A DNA stretch of 64,000 bases from Haliotis rubra (taxonomy: Eukaryota): contig NW_025767077.1 in the NCBI RefSeq assembly GCF_003918875.1, positions 868,001 through 932,000 of the forward strand. Direction: 5' to 3'. Both the position numbers and the translations under genes were made by a program. Positions 47,668 through 60,325 of this stretch are shown here, piece after piece; position 1 is the stretch's first letter; every line of letters begins with the position of its first letter. The notes under the pieces were generated by a model. It was given only the letters and a program-made list of their open reading frames with translations. It did no database searches and had not been told where the DNA came from.

Positions 47668-47682
47668 TTGAGTATTAGCCAT
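47668..47682 (-). CDS. KRAB-like zinc-finger gene, coding exon 1 (MANTQ; exon begins at 47699)
   Basis: tttttatttcag|aattctccgtaacaaggATGGCTAATACTCAA|gtaagt. Strong Kozak context, consensus donor, phase 0 matches exon 2. Confidence 0.7.
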
Positions 47683-47845
47683 CCTTGTTACGGAGAATTC
47701 TGAAATAAAAACAAAAACGAAATCCATAAGAAGCACAAAAGTGATAAATATATAATACTCTCAACTATTATATCAGCAATCTAACCCACTCAGCCACCTC
47801 GGCTTCTATGATAATGTAAGTCCGATAGCTGGTAGTCTAGACCAC

Positions 47846-48202
47846 AGTGAGGTGAGGTAAAAGTGGGTTTAACGTCGTGTTTGAGAATCTTTCGCTCATA
47901 TGACGACGTGCATGCATGTGTATGTGTATGCGCGGCTGCTTGTACTAGCCCAGACTGAAGCTGGTTTAATAGTACTAGCCCACTGAGATACCATGCCGCA
48001 GTGAAGCATGAATACCCTACTCAGACACATTATACTCACTCCGAGCCGACCAGTCCTTGTTGTACCCATTAATGCCGAGCGCCAGGCAGGGACCAACAAG
48101 TACCATATTTTAACGTCTTTTTGATATATCGCGGTCGGGGATCGAACCCGCGACCTTCCGCTCTCCGGGCGGACGCTCTAACCACTACACCACAGAGGCG
48201 GG
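47846..48202 (-). mobile_element. SINE family B, full length
   Basis: Reverse complement of the 202-556 element. Confidence 0.9.
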
Positions 48203-48524
48203 TCTAAACCACGACCTTGTGTACCCCTCTGACAAGTGTAAATCGGCATGGCTCCCATAGTGCCTTAGTGGGTTAGATGGCCTACTTTGGAATTTGGGTT
48301 CGAATCCAGGATAGGACTCAACCCTCAGAAAGTACAAGAACGTATTAATTAAGCGCGTTGTTACACATATGACATTTAAAAACGTTTTTAAATGGCATTG
48401 AGTATTAAGCGCAGATACATTCTTATGACGGTCACAGGATTGTCTGGTCCAGAATCGACCGTTTGAAGGTCGCACTCATATAGATGGAATAATGCTGAAT
48501 GCAGTGTTAAGCAATGAAGCAATT

Positions 48525-48766
48525 AGAGTGAGTGAGTTATGTTTTACGCCGCACTCAGCAATATTCCAGCTATATGGCGGCGGTTTGTATAGATAATCGA
48601 ATCTGGACAAGACAATCCAGTGATCAACAGCATGAACATCGATCTACGCAACTGGGATACGATGACATATGTCAACCAAGTCAGCGAGCCTGACCACCCG
48701 ATCACATTAGTCGTCTCGACAAGCGTGGGTTACAGGAGATCAATTCTAACCCGGATCCTAACGGGT
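48525..48766 (-). mobile_element. SINE family C
   Basis: gagtgagtgagtt...ttttacgccgcactcagcaatattccagc...caattctaacccggatc. Confidence 0.85.
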
Positions 48767-49975
48767 CAAGCCCTGAAGGAGAAAAGTAGTCTTTAATTCA
48801 GATGAGATTGTGTTTTCATGCAGCTCAAAATTAATTGGTGATTTAGTTTGCGGTTTAACGCAAATACGCATCTTATCTCGTGCGGTTTGTGTTTTTATAG
48901 TTCATAAATTGTTTACAGAAATACTCTTCCACACAAACACACTAATTGAGGCTCTTCCTTTTCATTACATCACAAGCACACAATAAATTTAAGCTATTTC
49001 TTTTCTTTACATCAGACATGAAAGCATAGGAGAGAAGCTTATAGGTCGTAGATTTTGGAGTGAACGTAGGAAGCTCAAGTCGACATATATTACCCTGTGA
49101 CCCGTTGACCTGTGTATTATACAAGGATCGACCCCTACGTCGCCTGACCGGTGCTTGTCCCTGTGGGTGGTTCTAAACTTCCTCCAGACAAACACGTTTA
49201 TAAACTAAGCTAAGTAAGGACCCCTACAGGGCTCTTGACTAACACACTTCAATGGCCATCACAGTATAAGTACAGCCAGAGAGGGAGAGACAATGTGTAG
49301 ATATAAATATATTTTACTTCTACGTTATACGCTGTTCATGGGCTGCTTTTATTCATGGTACGAAGTCAGGACCCCCAAGACAAACATTTATAGCTTTGCA
49401 TTTTTTTTGAAAAGACAATTATATAAATGTCTGACTTGCCAAGTATCTGTCAAACCAGTGATACAAACTGATGTACAAAATAAAGTACACAACTGGGTTT
49501 TTAAATTCATTTTCCAAAAGAAAAACAACGTAAATATTTTGAATAATTTGTGACTCGAAATGTTTGTAACACTTTTCAAAACATGTTCGTTGTTGTTTTG
49601 GAAAACAATTCCAAATCACCGGGTGTATACTTTCTTTTGTACGTCAGTTTATGTCATTATGGGTAACATTCAACTTCATCGGGCACAATAACATCCGCTG
49701 AAGCAAGACCAGTCGCTGATCTCAAAACCCACAGTCTCTGGACCAGGCAATCCAGTGATCAACAGCATAAGCATCGATCTGCGCAATTGGGAACCGATGA
49801 CATGTGTGAACAAAGTCAGCGAGCCTGACCACCACTCACACGTCCAGCATGGGTTACTGAAGATCAATTCCAACCCTGAACTTTATGCGTCAAGTACACA
49901 GGAAGTATGGGTTGCTGGGGACCAAATCTAACCTGGAAGTCATCTGGGACTATACAACATAATGGTCCAAATCTA

Positions 49976-49994
49976 AACACACACACACACACAC

Positions 49995-50033
<39 letters not shown>
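49976..50033. repeat. (CA)n microsatellite
   Basis: Interrupted acacac tract. Confidence 0.92.
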
Positions 50034-50036
<3 letters not shown>

Positions 50037-50474
50037 CCCTCCCACCCATGTCATGTAAAAAATGCTGACCCTCCCCTGGTACATGTGTGCAAAATTGATG
50101 AACCCCCTACTTCCCCACCTGGGGAATCGAAACCGGGTCTTCAGCGTGACGAGCGAGCTCTTTAACCACTAGGCTACCCCACCGCTACCTCGTACACACA
50201 GAACCATAATCGTTCGTGAGTTAGTCACTGAGTGATTTTTCGCCAGTAATCGATGTTCCATAGATCGTGTCTGGGACAGAATCACCGGTGATCGATAGAA
50301 TGAGCAACCCTCCACATTAGCGGTGTACAATAACACACTATCAGTCAGATCAGCATGGGTCCCTCACGGCCATGACTATCAACACAGCCCATGCCGCCCC
50401 CATGATGCTCTTTAAAGCAATTAAGCAGGTGTCTATTATCAAAAGGCTATGGAAGAAGTAAGAAACATTTTTAC

Positions 50475-50710
50475 CTTGCGTATATGCCTTGTGTTCTGTA
50501 GTTGCTATGACATAACAGTGACGAGAGTTACGGTAGATCTACATAATGGCGAACAGCCGTGAAAACGGCGCGCTCTCAAATTAATTCAAGACTGACAGTT
50601 GCGAGTACCGAGAAAGACCGCTTGTGATCATGCACGTGGAGTTCGTGAAAATCATGAAAAAACGAAAGAAAACAGACGACACACTTTACATGACTGTGAT
50701 GCACGTGCTC
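50475..50710 (-). promoter_or_regulatory. Candidate promoter and non-coding first exon of the KRAB-like zinc-finger gene
   Basis: Donor CAAG|gtaaaa at 50475/50474. Locally CpG-rich non-repeat sequence, YY1-like aatggcg, two CACGTG E-boxes (~50633, ~50702). Confidence 0.35.
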
Positions 50711-50899
50711 AGTGATGTATTTCGCACTTGTGTAAACAAACATCTATTCTGTGAAATGAACATATTTTACTGAAAAACGGTTCTTAAATAATATTAATAA
50801 AATATAATAACATGGATCCCAGAGATTTTTGAAACTGAGGTAATCTACACTTGCCACATATTCTAGACTTGCAAGGGCTGTATAGTGTATATTTGTTTC

Positions 50900-51147
50900 G
50901 TTTGGTTGGTTGGTTTGTTGTTTAACACCGCACTCAGCAATATTCCAACTGTATGGCGGCGGTCTGTAAATAATAAAGTCTGGACCAAACAATCCAGTGA
51001 TTAACATCATGAGCATCGATCTACGCAGTTGGGATACGATGACATGTGTCAACCAAGTCAGCGAGCCTGTACCCCGATCCCGTTAGTTGCCTCTTACGAC
51101 AAGCTTGTGCTGCTGAATACCAATTCTAACCCGAATATTCACCGGTC
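50900..51147 (-). mobile_element. SINE family C
   Basis: tttaacaccgcactcagcaatattcc...gcctcttacgacaagc. Confidence 0.85.
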
Positions 51148-51549
51148 ATATTTGTATGTCAGACTCGCAGTTGTATAAATCATTCGGAAACATTTACATG
51201 AGCTATACGTAATAGAAAACTTAGGTTACTATTTCGTGCAAATCTCGATAATGTAAAGACCACTCAATCTCCCACCAACAGACTTTATTGTTTATGAGGG
51301 TACGTCGATATCCTGGCCAGTATACGATTTTTTCTTTTGATACGAAACGGGTGGAGTTGGTGGAACCCCTAGGGGTCTGCAGAGCAACGCTCAACCCTAT
51401 AGTGAGCGAGTTTTGGTTTTTACGCCGCTTTTAGCATTATTCCAGCAATATAAAGGCGGGTTACACAAGAAATGGGCTTCAAACATTGAAGTCGTGGGGA
51501 ATCGAACCCGGTTCTCCAGCATGACAAGCGGACGGTTTAACCATTATCG

Positions 51550-51861
51550 CAGTGGCGGACCCAAGGCAAGGGGGTGGAAATGGGGCGGGGGTGTTCCTTT
51601 TTAAGACTTAAGACCACATTGGAGCCATTAGAGAGGGGTTCCTTTTTTTTTTTTTTTGGGTGTTTTTTCGAACTTAAGACTTCAGCTCTACATTGGGTTG
51701 ACGTCAAACGCTGCGTTGGCGTAATGCCAATTCGTCATCTTTGTTGGGGTTCAGGGTTTTTGTACACGACACACCGCCCAGGCTTTCTTCCGAATTGGGA
51801 TTTATGTATATTCCTCTTTTTTTTTTTTTTTCGAACTTAAAAAATCCTGGATCCGCCCATG
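51550..51861. mobile_element. hAT-like MITE interrupting a family-A SINE (51403-~51545 plus ggctacc at ~51865)
   Basis: cagtggcggacccaagg ... cctggatccgcccatg. Confidence 0.5.
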
Positions 51862-52679
51862 TATAGGCTACCTCCGCGCCGTCAGCTCTACAAATCCGGG
51901 GTTATAGGTCACGTTGACGTCATAGACGCTGCAGTTGGTTTTGTAACTTTTTAATGCTCCAGATTCGTCATCTTTAGTTGATACCGGGCTCATGGCTGCC
52001 AGTGTAGAAGTCGAGGGCCGCCATCGCTCCAGGCTTTCTTCCGAATAGGGATTTATGTTTGAAGTAGATCTGGGATTATTCTTCCACCAGAAGAACTCAT
52101 GTCCGCACGTCATTTGACGTCACAGGCGAGCTTATATATGCCCCCAGGCGTGTGATGTCGACGCTAACCTGCAGACATATATTTGCAGGTTTATTTACAT
52201 GCGTGACAGACATAAATAACACGTCGAAATATTATTCAAAACAGACGTATTAGCATATTTTGCACGAAGGGGTCATATTAAACAGATGTATAGTTAGTTT
52301 GTCAACTCAACCACTACAATGTTGTGGACACAATATGTGTTGGTTGAAATTTCATAGCATTGCTCGTACTGGTTTTCAAAAGCTAGCATGGTTATTATTT
52401 TAATGTTTTAGCTGTTAAAGTATCGTTATAAGCCGTGACGTTGCAGCTCGGTAAACGTCTGCTCCTTTCACAAGCCGACATTTATTGCATAGCTTTTGAA
52501 TGGCAGATAGTTAAAACTGAGCAGTGGGTAGTTAAGATTCCATGGCCATATTGTCATCTCGTTGATGAATCCTTTTATCTATGGAATTGACCCTCTTTGA
52601 GGTGTCCGGGTGAGAAATCAGCACCCCAGTCCCTTGTGCTGCTGACGACTAAAAGAAGGGTTGTGTCAAAAATGTAAAA

Positions 52680-53185
52680 TGAGTGAATAAGGTTTTACGC
52701 GGCTTTTAGTAATATTCCAGCAACATCACAGCGGGGGACGCCAGAAATGGGCTTCACACATTGTACCCATGCAGGGAATCGAACCTTAGCCTTCAGCGTG
52801 ACAGGAACATAACCATCATGCTACCCCACAGCCCCGGTTGGTGAGTGAGTGAGTTTAGTTTTATGCCGCATTTAGAATATTCCAGTAATATCACGGCGGG
52901 GGACATCAGAAATGGGCTTCACACACTGTACCCATGATGGGGGCGGTGGGGTAGCCAAATGGTTAAGCGCTCGCTGGTCACGCCGAAGACCCGGGTTCGA
53001 TTCCCCACATAAAAAACTGTGTGAAGCCCATTTGTGGTGCCCCCCATCCGTGATATTGCTGGAATATTGCTAAAAGCGGCGTACAACTAAACTCATTCAC
53101 TCAATGTACCTATGTTGGGAATCGAACCTGGGCCTTCAGCATGACGAGAGTACGCTGTAACCGCCATGCTACCCGCTGCCCCAAT
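52680..53185. mobile_element. Cluster of three family-A SINEs: two on the minus strand, one plus-strand copy (~52940-53104) nested in the second
   Basis: Repeated ccagaaatgggcttcacaca. The nested copy is flanked by tgtacc(c/t)atg. Confidence 0.85.
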
Positions 53186-54069
53186 TGGTGGGTATGGTAT
53201 GATCAGAGACCATGTAATAGATCTATTATATGGTATCTGCTATGATATATAACTGAAATATGTTGGTATGATCTAAAAATAATAAATATCGTCCACCAAT
53301 GATTGTGCACGTTTGTTCTAACCTTCTGGAACGAAGCGTATGTTACACTGACATGCTTTTGTCTGTACTTCAGTTTGAATTTAATAAAAACAATTTTTAT
53401 TATTTTGTTTTGGCTATTCAGTTTTCAAGCCATCTGTATGTGGACATATAATCGATTTGACTCTAAAGAATTGAGTATATCGATTTTACAATTATATTTA
53501 CTGAATTAACTACGCACATATATAATATATACTCATGCCAATAATGGTTGTCACCCCTCCCTACCCCAACCCCCCACCTCACATCCCCCCTCCACACCTC
53601 TCCAATAAAAAAAATTGAAGGAGCAACCCTTTTTGGCATGAGTATCTATGATCGAGCATTAGCACAATGTGTCAACACTCCATTCATCTATGTGCTTTTC
53701 TAAGCGACTACACTCGTTTGAATATAGCTGAATATAAGCAAGAAAACAAGCATGACGTAACACGTGATGGTATAAAAATATCGGTTCCATCACTCATGCT
53801 TTCGCCTACGAACATGTAGACTTTATTTAGTCTATTATAAAAGAACATAGAAAATATCATAATGGTTGCCCTTTCTGTAACTGAATATTTAAAGATAGCG
53901 ACGATCTGTATCGACAAATAACAACAGTTCCTGTGTGATGTGTAGAATCGCGGAGGTACAAACTATTTTCTTTACGTCTAATCAAACCTGCTTCTTTATT
54001 TTAAAGCACCTAAATAAAGTAAGTAGCCGTTGGAAAGTCTACTTGGCACAATTTACCTCCCTTTGGATC

Positions 54070-54120
54070 CAAAGGTCATGTGACGTCACGAAGGAGACAA
54101 AGATGGCGGCGACCAGCTGA
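54070..54120 (+). promoter_or_regulatory. PPTC7 core-promoter motif cluster: AGGTCA half-site, TCATGTGA M-box, CRE TGACGTCA (54081-54088), YY1 AAGATGGCGGC
   Basis: caaaggtcatgtgacgtcacgaaggagacaaagatggcggcg lies ~100-145 bp upstream of the ATG. Confidence 0.55.
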
Positions 54121-54217
54121 GATAGGACATATACGCATGTGGTTAGATACAGAGATAAACTCGTCTAAGGAGGATGTGACAGACGAACTTTTCAAAGTGA
54201 TGTGAAGACAGCTTGTC

Positions 54218-54440
54218 ATGCACTCAGTAGCGCTGTATGGCAGGCTTCTAGCCCGAGCGATCGCAACAGGAATTCACAGTGAACTTCAGATTCAGAGAGA
54301 AAGAGCCAGGGAACCTCTACAATTGGTAACTGGATCTTCAGGATTTTCGAAGACAATAACCAAATCCCCAAACACTAGGAAATGGGCATTCGGGGATGAT
54401 GCTTATTTCATTTCAAAGAACAAAGCAGTCGATGTCATAG
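54218..54440 (+). CDS. PPTC7: Protein phosphatase PTC7 homolog (mitochondrial PP2C), first coding exon
   Basis: MHSVALYGRLLARAI...LVTGSSGFSK...FGDDAYF...DVIG matches the PPTC7 N-terminus (MFSVLSYGRLVARAV...LVTAGCGFGK...YGDDACF...DVLG). Phase-1 donor ATA G|gtaggt. The next exon (VADGVGGW) was not found in the window. Confidence 0.93.
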
Positions 54441-55914
54441 GTAGGTTCTGAACTTCTCGCGTAGCCGGCTCTTTGTTCGCGTCGCTGGCTATTGATAGAC
54501 GTCAACTTGTTTATTTTTCCTCCCACGTGCTCTTTGTTTTGGTTTGTAAGCATGTGTAACGTATCTATTTCATCACACAGACATGTCATTCACGTGCGTA
54601 ATAATGGTTGTAAGCATGCTGGCACATCCTCAGTTACATTTCGGTAAAGGAAACCATTGCATGTGGCGTGGAGATTTCTTTTAACGTGATTTGTTTCCAA
54701 TGTTATGCATTTCCTTAGCATGCCCCTTTAGCATGGAGGACTAAACGTGTCTAACGTTACCATAATGACTGTTTTGTGCTCGTTGTACATACAGTGTGGG
54801 AAACCTCTCATGTGTGTAAGATAAAAAAAAGAAAAGCTTGATTTTGTTCATTCACAAAATCTGAGAGCTTACAAAATGTAAACTATGTGTAATTGTAACT
54901 ATATGCTTCCTTATCTTTTGCCCATAATTCTATTACTAAGCATGAGACGTAGTGTCATGGCAGAATATGAGCAATGACTGTTAGCATCATTAGGATGATG
55001 ACAGTAATTTGATCAATATGACATGAGTTAACATATTTCTTGACTGTGGACTGGCCCATGAGTTAGATTAAACTGACCTTGCTGAAGACAGATTAGACAT
55101 TGACAGCTATTGTGTTTTTCTGGCAAATGCTAATGAGGTCAGTGTGCATTGATTAGAGATTTAATTCAGCCTAAACCTCATTGCTTATGGCTGAACACAC
55201 AATCATCATTATGTAGGTGATGGTTGGATGCAAATTATCATGAAAATACTGAAGTCATTAAACCATTTGCTCATAAAACTTGCAGGCAGCTCATTTGTAA
55301 TTGTCATTGTTTTCTTACTTTCTTCAATAATGTAATCCTTGCAAAAACAGAAGGGGATGGCAGAATGTTATTTAAATCAGTTTAACATACAGACGTAACA
55401 TGGAATAAAATTTACAACATTGTTCGAGTTGTGAATAAATCCTGGTAATTTTGTTGTATTTTTTTAAAAAACATTTTAAAAGACGATGAATGGTGAGAAA
55501 GCACTTTTGTTTCATGCAATTGTGTTGGAAGTATATTCCACTTGAGCACGTTTTAGAAACAACCTTTATGTGCTTAACAAGCATAATGACTTTGTTTTCT
55601 TTCAAAGGTGTATGCAGGTGAAAGTCAATGTGTTACGTATTTTTAGAGTTATCTGCCCTGGCCAAGCATATGAAGACTATAATGAATTTGAGTGGTTAGG
55701 TAGCAAAAAGTTACTTTTCAGATCTGTTGTTTTATGTAACATCATTTCTATGAATTAATGAAGATAATGATCTCGTGAGAGTCTAAACAGCCAAAGGATT
55801 ATGATGATCTGTCAAACTGGTATTTCAGTAGGTCTGTGTCATGTTCAAGAGGCTGTCTCTTATCATGTTTGTGGATGCTGTGTCCTCAGCTCACCAAAGG
55901 GCATTGGGATGAGG

Positions 55915-56062
55915 AGTGAGTGAGTATAGTTTTATGCCACCTGAAGCAATATTCCAGCAACATCACAACGGGGAGATACCAGAAATGGACTTCACACATT
56001 GTGCCCATTTGGGAGTTGAACCCGGGCAAGCGAACGCCTTAACCACTAGGCTATCCCACCGC
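55915..56062 (-). mobile_element. SINE family A
   Basis: gagtgagtgagtatagttttatgcc...aaccactaggctatcccaccgc, flanked by tgggatgaggag. Confidence 0.82.
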
Positions 56063-57197
56063 TGGGATGAGGAGGGGTAACCATACTTGTGCTTGTGCAT
56101 TTCACCCAAGTTGTAAACATCTAAGAACCTCGAGCGTTCCTTCAACATTCAGCTGACAACATGATATGAATGGAATTTTGTTAAGAGCAGTATTATGCCT
56201 AAACTCCCTCACTTATCTGCCATATTTTTTGTATCACTGTTATAAAATGGTAAGTCTTTGGTCATTGATCCTTGTGATATCCAAAAGTAATTGGGATTAT
56301 TAGCTGTTTCTTTTGGTCCTATCACTAATTTCAATACCGAGAACCTGTACTTAAATTAAGAGAACATTGCTTTGTTTCTGAAAAATGATAAATATGATAC
56401 TACTATCTGTGTCATATAACCACATCTTGCATACATTCTTTGCAGTTTGGTTGACGAATGGTTGTCAGTCCCTTTTGTGTTTATGTGTGCAGTGTTGGAA
56501 ATTGTCCATGGATAAGGGGTGTTGTTGGGCATTTTGGGTTTTGTTTGTGAATTTGCATCTGTTACGTTTATAGATTCCTAAATCTAGAATTTTTAACATT
56601 CCAACTTGGACCACTTGACTTTCAATGCATGTTAGAATAACATGTGTTATACAGGGATTACTTGAGTCTTGTATAATATTTGAGGGTCCCTGGGACTCAT
56701 ACTCTTAGTTTTCAGGGGTCCTGAACAACAAAATGGGGGTCCCAACATTTAAATATTATTATTAACACTATGTTGTAATATTGTTGTAATTCAGTTACTG
56801 TTATTGTATTGTGTATCATGATCATCACATTAATTGTTACAGTAATTGAATTGCAAACGACACCATAACCCAGCTTGTAGCAGACTCTTTGATAACTTAT
56901 TGTTACTTGATTGGAATTTTTACAAAAAGTATTTGGACTTTTTCTGGATTGGATGCAGTAATAAATTTCGTTACGTCCATTGTCAATTTTAATGCATATA
57001 GGACGCAGGTTTTCACGTCCTGTAAATCCCTGGTTATATTTGGGATTACACTTTCTCAGACAAATGGAAATTGGCACGACTCCAATGGCCGAAGCTATGA
57101 ATAAACAAACCTTTCAGAAAGTGGTCCAATGCACACAAATCGGTACACAAAGTACATGATCTTGACAACCAGTTGTTAGACTTTCATCGTGTGGAAG

Positions 57198-57315
57198 CTG
57201 TCGTGGCTGAGTGGGTTAGATCTCAGACTTTTTTGTGCTGGTAACTAGGTGCCCTACCCTCAGAGTGGGTTTGAATCCTGGATCGGACTCAACCACCAGA
57301 ACTACTAAAATCTGT
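57198..57315 (+). mobile_element. tRNA-like head of a further SINE family (related pieces at ~48250-48340 and ~47780-47803)
   Basis: gtggctgagtgggttaga ... gggtttgaatcctggatcggactcaacc. Confidence 0.5.
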
Positions 57316-57705
57316 ATGTTGATTATAAAGTATAATCCCAAATATGGCATGTTGCATGATAGGATGCTCATCAGGTTATGACAATGAGGTAACCGTGACG
57401 ATGTTTACATTGATGAAACAATAAGCCTGATCAGAATGGACACCTGAGTGAACATACAATGTGAGTGCTGACGACACAGTCTACATCCGCTATATGATGT
57501 CAGCATGTAAACAATCAAACAGATCCAGACTGACTAGTGGTTGACACGACCTTCACCCCACACTGTCAGGTTACCATGACACGCAAGTCACAGAGTCTGT
57601 TAGCCCTGCCCATCTGGTATCACTGTGCAACAGCTAAAGGCTGCTGGGGACCCTTCAGGCAGTGGGGAAGCCTAATGGTTGAATCGTCCGCTTGTCCCAC
57701 TGAAG

Positions 57706-57940
57706 GACCCGTGAAGATCCGGGTTAGAATTGGTCTTCAGCAACCCATGCTTGTCGTAAGAGGCTGGTAACACTAACAGGATCGGGTTGTCAGGCTCGCT
57801 GACTTGGTTGACACATGTCATCATATCCCAATTGCTTAGATGCTGTTGATCACTGGATCGTCTGGTCCAGACTCGATTATTTACAGGTCGCTGCCATATA
57901 ACTGGAATATTGTTGAGTGCGGGTTTAAACAACAAACAAA
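57706..57940 (+). mobile_element. SINE family C (preceded by a tRNA-like head from ~57659)
   Basis: gacccgtgaagatccgggttagaattggtcttcagcaacccatgcttgtcgtaagaggc. Confidence 0.85.
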
Positions 57941-59102
57941 CTGTGAAGTCCATTTTTGTTGTGATACGGGTGATGAATTGCCAAAAGTGGTTTTAACATT
58001 CATTCATTCACTCACAAGATTATACACATGGTATAACCAAATTTAATTATCACCATTAGTAGACAAAATCATTATTATGAGCAAGAGTTGTGTCATCACC
58101 AGACGACAATTGATTTTTTGCAGTGCTGGTTGGCAGCACTGGTCATTTGCTTGAAAGGATGAACTATAATTGTATAAATAATCTGGTAACCATGGTTACA
58201 TATATCTAATTACAAAATTAATGTAGTGGAAATTCTGTTATTGCATATTTGTCGTTATTGTGCCATTTGTTTAAACTATGAAAACCATGGATGATATTTA
58301 TGTGATAAATGTGATCACATGAGTAGCATCTGTAAACATTGTTTTTGAAACTCAATAGCAGCAGATGTTTAACTTATATAGCCTAGGATATATTCAACCT
58401 GGGTTATAAATATTAGGGCTGTGTATTGGCAAAAAAATGTATGGCGATGTATTTCGATTTGGGCACCTGTATTGCAACACATATTGCGGTCTATTGGGAT
58501 CTAAACCATAGGCTGATCAGGGGTGGGTGGGGGTGTGTGTGCACCTTTTCTCAATAGTGCGAGCGCACACGCACGCATGCATGCACACACACACACACAC
58601 TTTCTCAAAAAGCTGTATCCGCCCCTGTAAACTGTTGGACAGTGACACTGATTGTACATGTACATACTAAGGGTCTAAAACAGTGTTATGGTTCTGATAA
58701 TAGTAAATAAGTGATAAATTAGGTTGGATAGTTAAGGATTCCCATTTCCTTTTTCATGCAGTTTACAGTATTGCGTAATTTACGCATGACGCCAGGGCAA
58801 AATGAATTCCTGCAGTATGTAAAGTATGCCATTTGGTCAATTTGTTACGAAGGAAAACATCAGTTGTGAGATGATTAAAAACAATTTTGTTCACAAAACT
58901 TCATGACATTTTTTACCCAATATACGGTTTTCATAAAACATATTGCAATACTTATTGTTTGAAAATCTTATAGTGGTATATCAATATACAGATAGTACCT
59001 TGCTGTCCTAATAGACATGATAATGTACCTAATAACGTAACCCAATGATCATGCTCACACGGGTCAGGCAGTCTGGTCGGTAATCAATTCTACATCAGTC
59101 AT

Positions 59103-59265
59103 GAGTGGTGGGGTAGCCTAGAGGTTAAAGCATTCACTTGTCATGCCGAAGACCCGTTTTCAATTCCCCAGATGGGTACAATGTGTGAAGCCCATTTCTG
59201 GTGTCCAACGCTGTGATATTGCTTGAATATTGCTATAAGCAGCGTAAAACCATACTCAGTCACAC
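59103..59265 (+). mobile_element. SINE family A (further copies at ~59660-59805 and ~60350-60510)
   Basis: ggggtagcctagaggttaaagc...gggtacaatgtgtgaagcccatttctggtgtcc. Confidence 0.82.
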
Positions 59266-59974
59266 GCTCATTTCAGCTACAAGTGCATGAATCTTGTAAA
59301 CGTTAATTCTAATATATTTCTGACTTCAGTAAAATGACCAATTTTTCATTAAATTTGACCTGTGAATATCCAGATTAAAATTGATCTCAAGCATCCCATG
59401 TTTGTCACAAGAGTCAACTAACAGAATTTGAAGGTCAGACTAGCTGACTTGGTCATCATATCCCAGTTGTGTAGATCGATGCTCATGGTGTCATTCACTG
59501 GATTGCCTGGTCCAGACTCGATTTTACAGACAGTTGCCATATAGCTGGAATATTGCTGAGTGTAAAGTGAAACAATAAACAAACATGGTGTTGGTCATTT
59601 GGGTTGTTGTGAGGTGCGTGGGACAGGTGACCCTACTTCAGTTCTATACCCTCCAAGGGTTGGTGGGGTAGGCCAGTGGTTAAAGCATTCACTTGTCACG
59701 CAGAAGGCCCGGGTTCGATTACCCACATGGGTACAATGTGCCAAACTCATTTCTGGTGTCCCCTACCATGATAATTGATGTTGCTAATGACACCCACTCA
59801 CTCATACACTGTGCCCTGCAAGGTCAGTAACCCACATGGTGTATGTGACAATGAGCAAGACATGGCCGAGACAAGGAAAAAACAACTGAAACAGATCAGG
59901 CAGTTAAAACAGCATGTAAGGTCAATATAGTGATACACATAAGGAAGAGAGTTTTATGGATGTCAACTTCTATA

Positions 59975-60325
59975 TAATCATATTTATTACCTACGAGGGC
60001 GAACATATCAGGGTTCATATTTTTCATACGATGCCCTAGGGCAAAATATCACTTTGTCATGGTGACGTCATAAAAAATCCTATGATGTCACGTTTCTTCT
60101 GTGACGTTGCGTTCTATCTGCGGCGACAGTGGGTAGCAGACCTATGTTTCAAAGTAGATTTGGGTCTATTTTCCTCAATTTGACAACTTCGGTAATAAAT
60201 AGAATATTATATTTGTGCCCATATCATACTATGTTTATGACACTCGTGCCTAAATATCGGTATATCCAACATTTAGGCACTCGTGTTGTAAACATAGTAT
60301 GACATGGGCACTCATATAATATCCT
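59975..60325. mobile_element. Non-autonomous element ending in a ~120-bp imperfect hairpin (Crypton-like, tentative)
   Basis: gtgcccatatcatactatgtttatgacac...gtgcctaaat / atttaggcac...gtgttgtaaacatagtatgacatgggcac. Confidence 0.45.

Noticed and set aside
36668-47682. Assigning the symbol PRDM9
   Set aside because: No PR/SET or zinc knuckle was found and the fingers are not homogenised; the gene is related to PRDM9 but not demonstrably the ortholog.
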